From positions 272,616-336,615 of the forward strand of contig CAVZJB010000009.1 in the NCBI GenBank assembly GCA_963775425.1: 64,000 nucleotides of DNA, read 5' to 3'. A program made the translations under genes and the position numbers. The notes below the pieces were generated by a model that saw only the letters and a program-made list of their open reading frames with translations, searched no databases and was not told where the DNA came from. Below, piece after piece: positions 59,722 through 64,000 of the stretch (its first letter is position 1; each line of letters starts with the position of its first letter). This DNA is from an uncultured delta proteobacterium (GTDB lineage Bacteria > Myxococcota > UBA727 > VGSZ01).

Positions 59722-59989
59722 CATACGCGCGCTGCGCGGCCTGCGCCGACGACGCGCGGCCGAGCTGCTCCCGCAGCGTCCGCTCCGCCGCGCCGGCGGC
59801 GACGGTGCACGCGTGGACGAGCCGGAGCAGCACCGTCCGGTCCTCGAGCGTGAGGCGGCAGAGGCCGGCCTGCGCGCACGCGGTGGTCGCGGCCTCGAGC
59901 GCTTCGCCCGCACCGACGACGTCGCCCTCGGCGAGCTTCTGCTGTGCGTGCGCGAGCCGATCGCGCAGGTGCTCCTCGACGCGCGTCAT
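59693..59989 (-). CDS. small helical hypothetical protein in the fliT position of the flagellar operon
   Basis: ATGA overlap with the fliS stop. 98 aa, Ala/Leu-rich. High GC3. Confidence 0.4.
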   Translation of the reverse strand: MTRVEEHLRDRLAHAQQKLAEGDVVGAGEALEAATTACAQAGLCRLTLEDRTVLLRLVHACTVAAGAAERTLREQLGRASSAQAAQRAYVSAPRAPRG

Positions 59990-60366
59990 GGTTGCGGTCG
60001 CCCGGCGCGCGCGACCGCCTCTTCGAACGCCTCGGCGATCGGGTTGAAGGTGCGACGCGCGTCGTCGAGGGCGGCGCGGTCGCCGCGCAACGAGACGTAG
60101 AGCCGGGTGAGAACGAAGCCGTAGACGTCGTCGAGCATGGTGCACAGCTCGGGGGCCTTCGACGGATCGAGCGTGGACCGGAGCTCGTGCACGATGTCGA
60201 TGGCCTTGCGCACCGGCGTCGCCGCCTGCGCGGCGCGACCGAGGGCGAGCTCGCCGTCGGCGAGGAACATCTGCTTGCGCGCACCCGCGAGCAAGAGGAG
60301 CAGCACGCGCTCCTTCGACGCAGTGGCCGTCTGAGTTTCTTGATAGCGCGCCGACGGCAACATCAC
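59986..60366 (-). CDS. fliS: flagellar export chaperone FliS
   Basis: RYQETQTATASKERVLLLLLAGARKQMFLADGELALGRAAQAA...IDIVHELRSTLD matches FliS. ATGA overlap with fliD. Confidence 0.8.
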   Translation of the reverse strand: MMLPSARYQETQTATASKERVLLLLLAGARKQMFLADGELALGRAAQAATPVRKAIDIVHELRSTLDPSKAPELCTMLDDVYGFVLTRLYVSLRGDRAALDDARRTFNPIAEAFEEAVARAGRPQP

Positions 60367-61700
60367 CCACCTCCGTTGTTCTTGCTCGCGGTCTCCTGGC
60401 TGGTGAGGAAGTTGCCGATGGCCTTCAGGCCGCTCAGCACCTTCTCCATCGCCGCGAACTGCGCGACGAGTCGCGCGCGGTACTGATCCGCGCGGTCCTG
60501 CAGTTGCGTGATCTGATCGCCGACGCGCTTCTTCTTGTCCGCGAGGCCCTGGCTGCGCACCGTGAGCGCGCCGTTGACCGAGTCGGTGAACGCGTTGACG
60601 AGGTCGTCGGCGGCGGGCTTGAGCCCGGCGAGGATGCGATCGGCGGCGCCGGGATCCGACGCGACCGCCTTGTCGAACGCCGCGTCGTCGATGGTGACCT
60701 TGCCGTCGCGGTCGCTCTTGAGCCCCAGGTCCGCGAGCGTACGCATCCCGGTCGAGCCCACCGCCGTCGTCAACAGCGCCTGCATGCGCGCCTGCACCAG
60801 GCGCATGGTGGGGTCGCCGCCGAGGGTCTTCGTGCGGTCCGTGTTGGCGTGGATGTCGAGCTCACCCTGCACCGCGCCGACGATGGTGTTGTAGGCGTCG
60901 ACGAGCTTCTGCAGCGAGGCTTTGGTCTGGTCGCCGTCGTCGGCGATGACGATGTCCTCGGGACCGGTGCTGACCTGTTTGAGCGAAAGCGTGGCGCCGG
61001 GGAGGGCGTCGTCGATCTCGTTGGTGCGGCGCTCGAAGGCGAGGCCGTCGAGGGTGAGCTTGGCGTTTTGCGCCGTCACCACCGTCGAGAAGCCGAGCGC
61101 GTCGGCGGTGGTCCCCGAGAGCGTGAGGGCGCTGTCGGGCGTGGAGCCGACCTCGAAGCCCGACGTCGTGCGCGCCACGCTCAGGTAGTCGCTGGTGCCG
61201 TCGTTGAGGACGTTGGCGGTGACGGGCGCGCCGCTCGCGCGGATGGCGGAGGCGAGGTCACCGAGGCTCATGCCGTCGGTCACGTCGATGTCGTAGCCGG
61301 TGCCGTCGGCGTCGATGTGCAGCGTGCCTGCCGACAGGAGGGCCGACGTGCTCTGCGCCGCGCTCCGGCTCTTGGCCGCTTGCGCGAGCTGCGAGACCTC
61401 GAGGGTGGTGCGGCCGGCGCTCGCGCCGGGGGACGCGGTGACGTCGGCGGCGGCGGGCGCCTGCGCGACGCGCGCGCCGTGCGCGCCGGTGTCGACGAGA
61501 CCGTGGAGCGCGGTCTGGAAGGCGAGGAGGTTCGAGCGGAGCGACCCGATCGACGAGATCTGCACGTCGATGGCGGTCTGGCTCTGCTGGAGGGTGGCGA
61601 TCGGCTTGCTTTGCAGAGAGACGAGCTGATCCACGATGGACGCGGTGTCGATCCCGGACGCGAGGCCGCTCGCTTGGAATGACGGAATCGTCGTGGACAT
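60363..61700 (-). CDS. fliD: flagellar filament cap protein FliD (hook-associated protein 2)
   Basis: MSTTIPSFQASGLASGIDTASIVDQLVSLQ N-terminus and C-terminal coiled-coil segments typical of FliD. Confidence 0.85.
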   Translation of the reverse strand: MSTTIPSFQASGLASGIDTASIVDQLVSLQSKPIATLQQSQTAIDVQISSIGSLRSNLLAFQTALHGLVDTGAHGARVAQAPAAADVTASPGASAGRTTLEVSQLAQAAKSRSAAQSTSALLSAGTLHIDADGTGYDIDVTDGMSLGDLASAIRASGAPVTANVLNDGTSDYLSVARTTSGFEVGSTPDSALTLSGTTADALGFSTVVTAQNAKLTLDGLAFERRTNEIDDALPGATLSLKQVSTGPEDIVIADDGDQTKASLQKLVDAYNTIVGAVQGELDIHANTDRTKTLGGDPTMRLVQARMQALLTTAVGSTGMRTLADLGLKSDRDGKVTIDDAAFDKAVASDPGAADRILAGLKPAADDLVNAFTDSVNGALTVRSQGLADKKKRVGDQITQLQDRADQYRARLVAQFAAMEKVLSGLKAIGNFLTSQETASKNNGGG

Positions 61701-61778
61701 GGCGCTCTCCAAGAGGGGTGAACGAGGACGAAGCCGCCGCACGGATCACCCGGGTCCGTGCGGCGGCTTCAGGAGCGC

Positions 61779-62645
61779 TCAGCCGAGGAGCTTGAGGGCG
61801 AGCTGGGGCGCCTGGTTCGCCTGGGCGAGCACCGAGACGCCGGCCTGCACGAGGATCTGCGCGCGGCTCATCTCCGCCGTCTCCGAGGCGACGTCGACGT
61901 CGCGGATGCGGCTGTTGGCGGCGGACACCGACTCGGACGCGCTGGCGATGGTCGACAGCGCGCTCGTGAGGTGGTTGGCGGAGGCGCCGAGGTCGGCGCG
62001 GAAGCCGGAGACCTCGTTGATGGCCTGGTCGATGACCGCGAGCGCGGACTGCGACTGCGTCGCGCTGGTGGCGAGGTCGGCCGCGCCGCCCGTCTTCAGG
62101 GTCGCGATCGCCGAGCCGCCGCCGCCGGTGCCGAGGGCCGCCGTGGTGACCGCCATGCCGGTGGTGTCCACCTTGATGACGTCGTTGGCGGTGCCGCGGA
62201 TGCCGACCTGGAACTGGAACGCCGCCGCGGCGCCGTAGACCTTCACGCCGTTGAACTCGGTGGTGGCGCCGATGCGGTCCACCTCGGCGAGCAGCGAGTC
62301 CGCCTCGCTCTGGATGTAGCCCCGCTCGGTGGTGCCGATGCCGTCCGAGGCCGACTGCATGGCGAGCTCGCGGACGCGGGTGAGGATGTTGGTCACCTCG
62401 TTGAGCCCTGCCTCGGCGGTCTGCGTGACCGAGATGCCGTCGTTGGCGTTGCGCGAAGCCTGGTCATAGCTCTTGAGCTGCGCGGTCATGTTCGCGCTCA
62501 CGCCGAGGCCGGCTGCGTCGTCGGACGCCTTGGTGATGCGGTAGCCGGAGGAGAGCTTGGCGAGCGAGGAATCGAGCGAGCTCTGATTCATCATCAAGCT
62601 GTGCTGCGCGGCGAGGGACGAGAGGTTGCTGCGGATGGACATCAT
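61779..62645 (-). CDS. fliC: flagellin
   Basis: Conserved flagellin N- (MMSIRSNLSSLAAQ...LSSGYRI) and C-terminal (SRAQILVQAGVSVLAQANQAPQLALKLLG) helices. gaaggag SD about 8 nt upstream. Confidence 0.9.
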   Translation of the reverse strand: MMSIRSNLSSLAAQHSLMMNQSSLDSSLAKLSSGYRITKASDDAAGLGVSANMTAQLKSYDQASRNANDGISVTQTAEAGLNEVTNILTRVRELAMQSASDGIGTTERGYIQSEADSLLAEVDRIGATTEFNGVKVYGAAAAFQFQVGIRGTANDVIKVDTTGMAVTTAALGTGGGGSAIATLKTGGAADLATSATQSQSALAVIDQAINEVSGFRADLGASANHLTSALSTIASASESVSAANSRIRDVDVASETAEMSRAQILVQAGVSVLAQANQAPQLALKLLG

Positions 62646-62831
62646 GGCGGGGCTCCTTCTTTCTGCTGAGCATTTCGTTCGTGTGTGCTCACGGAGAGGT
62701 TCGTCACGGCGCGGGCCCTGATTAAGATCTGCGTCGCCGGATCAACCCGCGCGGACGAATTCGCCGCACAAAAGAGCGCAAGGACGGAGCGAGCCCCGTC
62801 CTCATCACCGCGGCGCGGACCCGCGGGGTCA

Positions 62832-63708
62832 CAGCTTGTCGAGGATGGTGAGCTGGAAGCTCTTGGCGCTCACGGTCAGCGCGGCGTCGAGCGAGCGCTC
62901 GGCGAACGCGAGAATCCGTCGCCGCCTTCGCGATGTCGGCGTCGGTCAGGCCGGCGCGCCTGCCGTCGGCCGCGTCCGCCACGTCGCCCGCGGCGGTCTG
63001 CGCGGCGTCCAGGCCGAGCTCGATGCCGCCGGCGTCGGCGCGGCCGGCGCCGACCTGCGCGATGCCCGAGCGCAGCGTGTCGATGCTCGCGCGCAGCCCC
63101 GTGGTGTCGTTGGTGGACAGCGCGGTGGCCAGGTCGCCGAGGGCCTGGAGGACGTCGACGCCGCCGCCGGCGCCCTTGATGACGACGTCGGCGCGCACGG
63201 ACACGCCCTGCACCACGCCGGGCGCGACCTCGATCTGCCGGACGCCGGCGTCGCCGGTGTAGCTGCCGTCGGCCTGGAACGGGGCCGCGTTGTCGACGGT
63301 GCCGCCCATGACGAAGCGGCCGCCGACGTCGATGTTCAACGCGCTCACGGCTTCGGCCAGCATCTGCGTCGCCTGGCTCGCGGCGCTCGCGCGATCCGCG
63401 CTGTTGTAGGTGCCGTTCGACATCTGGATCGCGAGCTGCTGCGCGCGCGAGAGCGTGTTGATCACCGACGACAGCGCGCCGTCGGCGGCGTTGACGTCGT
63501 CAAGCGCCCGTGACGTCGTGGTCGAGATGCCCGAAGCGCGCACCGCGGCGAAGCGCTCGCGCGCGATCTGCCCCGCGGAGTCCGTCTCCCAGGGGTGCCG
63601 CACGGAGACGCCGGTGGAGGCGCGGTCGGTGGCCTTCTCGTAGCGCTCGCGCGCGGTCTGCGTCGCGGCGTTCGCGTTGGCGAAGATGGAGCTATCAGTG
63701 ACGCGCAC
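62832..63708 (-). CDS. flgL: flagellar hook-associated protein 3 FlgL, disrupted by 1-nt insertion near the 3' end
   Basis: N-terminus MRVTDSSIFANANAATQTAR. After ...AKAATD the listed ORF reads junk (SRVRRALARRR...), but removing one T at gat|t|ctc gives the canonical C-terminus LAFAERSLDAALTVSAKSFQLTILDKL* ending at about 62832. Confidence 0.8.
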
Positions 63709-63711
63709 GGG

Positions 63712-64000
63712 CTACCTCAACTCCAGGAGGCCTTTGAGCATGTCGTCCGCCGTGGACAACACCTTGCCCACGGCGTCGAACACGCGCTGCGCCTTCGTCA
63801 TCTCGATCATCTCTTCGTCGATGGAGACACCCGACGCCGACTCGCGCAGGGACAACAGTTGATCGCGCGCGGCCGCCGACGCGTCGCGCTCGCTGAGCGC
63901 GCTCCTGGCGACGGCGCCGAAGTCGTCGATGGCGGAGGCGACCGTGCTCACGGTGGCGTCCTCGCCGGCGAGGAGCGCGAGCGCCTGGCTGCCGTCGCCT
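63712..64000 (-). CDS. flgK: flagellar hook-associated protein 1 FlgK, C-terminal part (gene continues beyond window end)
   Basis: C-terminus ...EEMIEMTKAQRVFDAVGKVLSTADDMLKGLLELR* is FlgK-like. The frame is open to the window edge. Confidence 0.6.
   Translation of the reverse strand, partial: GDGSQALALLAGEDATVSTVASAIDDFGAVARSALSERDASAAARDQLLSLRESASGVSIDEEMIEMTKAQRVFDAVGKVLSTADDMLKGLLELR

Noticed and set aside
62646-62831. Sigma-28/sigma-54 promoter upstream of fliC
   Set aside because: Only weak partial matches (TTAATCA ... GCCGTGAC) were seen, with no convincing TAAA-N15-GCCGATAA or GG-N10-GC. Not reported as a feature.

Overview
High-GC (about 70%) bacterial chromosomal window with a mosaic of housekeeping and accessory loci, mostly on the minus strand. 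Many long alternate-frame ORFs are GC artefacts. Genes were called from codon-position GC bias, recognisable motifs, lipoboxes and start-codon context.

Contents, 5' to 3':
- 3-1412: ArnT/PMT-like membrane glycosyltransferase, partial.
- 3131-4242: methionine-salvage pair mtnB-mtnD.
- 4260-6701: large internally triplicated lipoprotein.
- 7949-12372: four-gene minus-strand cassette ending in a calpain-like (C2) cysteine protease.
- 12636-14304: FadD-like acyl-CoA ligase.
- 14483-15691: GE-repeat lipoprotein.
- 15840-16171: IS5/IS1182 transposase remnant.
- 16414-19557: periplasmic redox operon of di-haem cytochrome c peroxidase, Tat metallophosphoesterase and a c-type cytochrome lipoprotein.
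- 21155-23614: beta-helix and thrombospondin-type-3 lipoproteins.
- 23681-28973: sbcD-sbcC-GIY-YIG operon.
- 29107-31381: two unknown cytoplasmic proteins.
- 31434-32897: VWA lipoprotein.
- 33803-40495: purine (urate to ureidoglycolate) catabolic cluster. It comprises hiuH, an allantoicase-OHCU decarboxylase fusion, allantoinase, a PuuD-like urate hydroxylase whose C-terminus is a cupredoxin, and an SCO1 copper chaperone. A Cys-rich-repeat protein is inserted in it.
- 40561-47662: candidate uncharacterised biosynthetic cassette of a CitE/HpcH-like lyase, a DUF3419 BtaA-like SAM-fold protein, a haem-oxygenase-like di-iron oxidase, a lipoprotein, a GNAT-like protein and AsnB.
- 47663-47820: MITE-like element, separating the cassette from the next locus.
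- 47829-55056: single-module NRPS (formyltransferase - degenerate C - A - T - TE) with an ABC exporter and a D-2-hydroxyacid dehydrogenase.
- 55139-59721: beta-propeller/di-haem CCP lipoprotein, a GT2 glycosyltransferase and a fibrinogen-related-domain protein.
- 59693-64000: flagellar late operon flgK(partial)-flgL-fliC-fliD-fliS-(fliT-like).

Four unrelated genes (fadD, GIY-YIG, sbcC, flgL) carry the same kind of single-base insertion, (G/C)AGATC -> (G/C)AGAATC. This looks systematic rather than random pseudogenisation.

Coordinates of internal starts were computed by codon arithmetic from the ORF track. Motif positions read directly from the sequence may be off by 1-2 nt.
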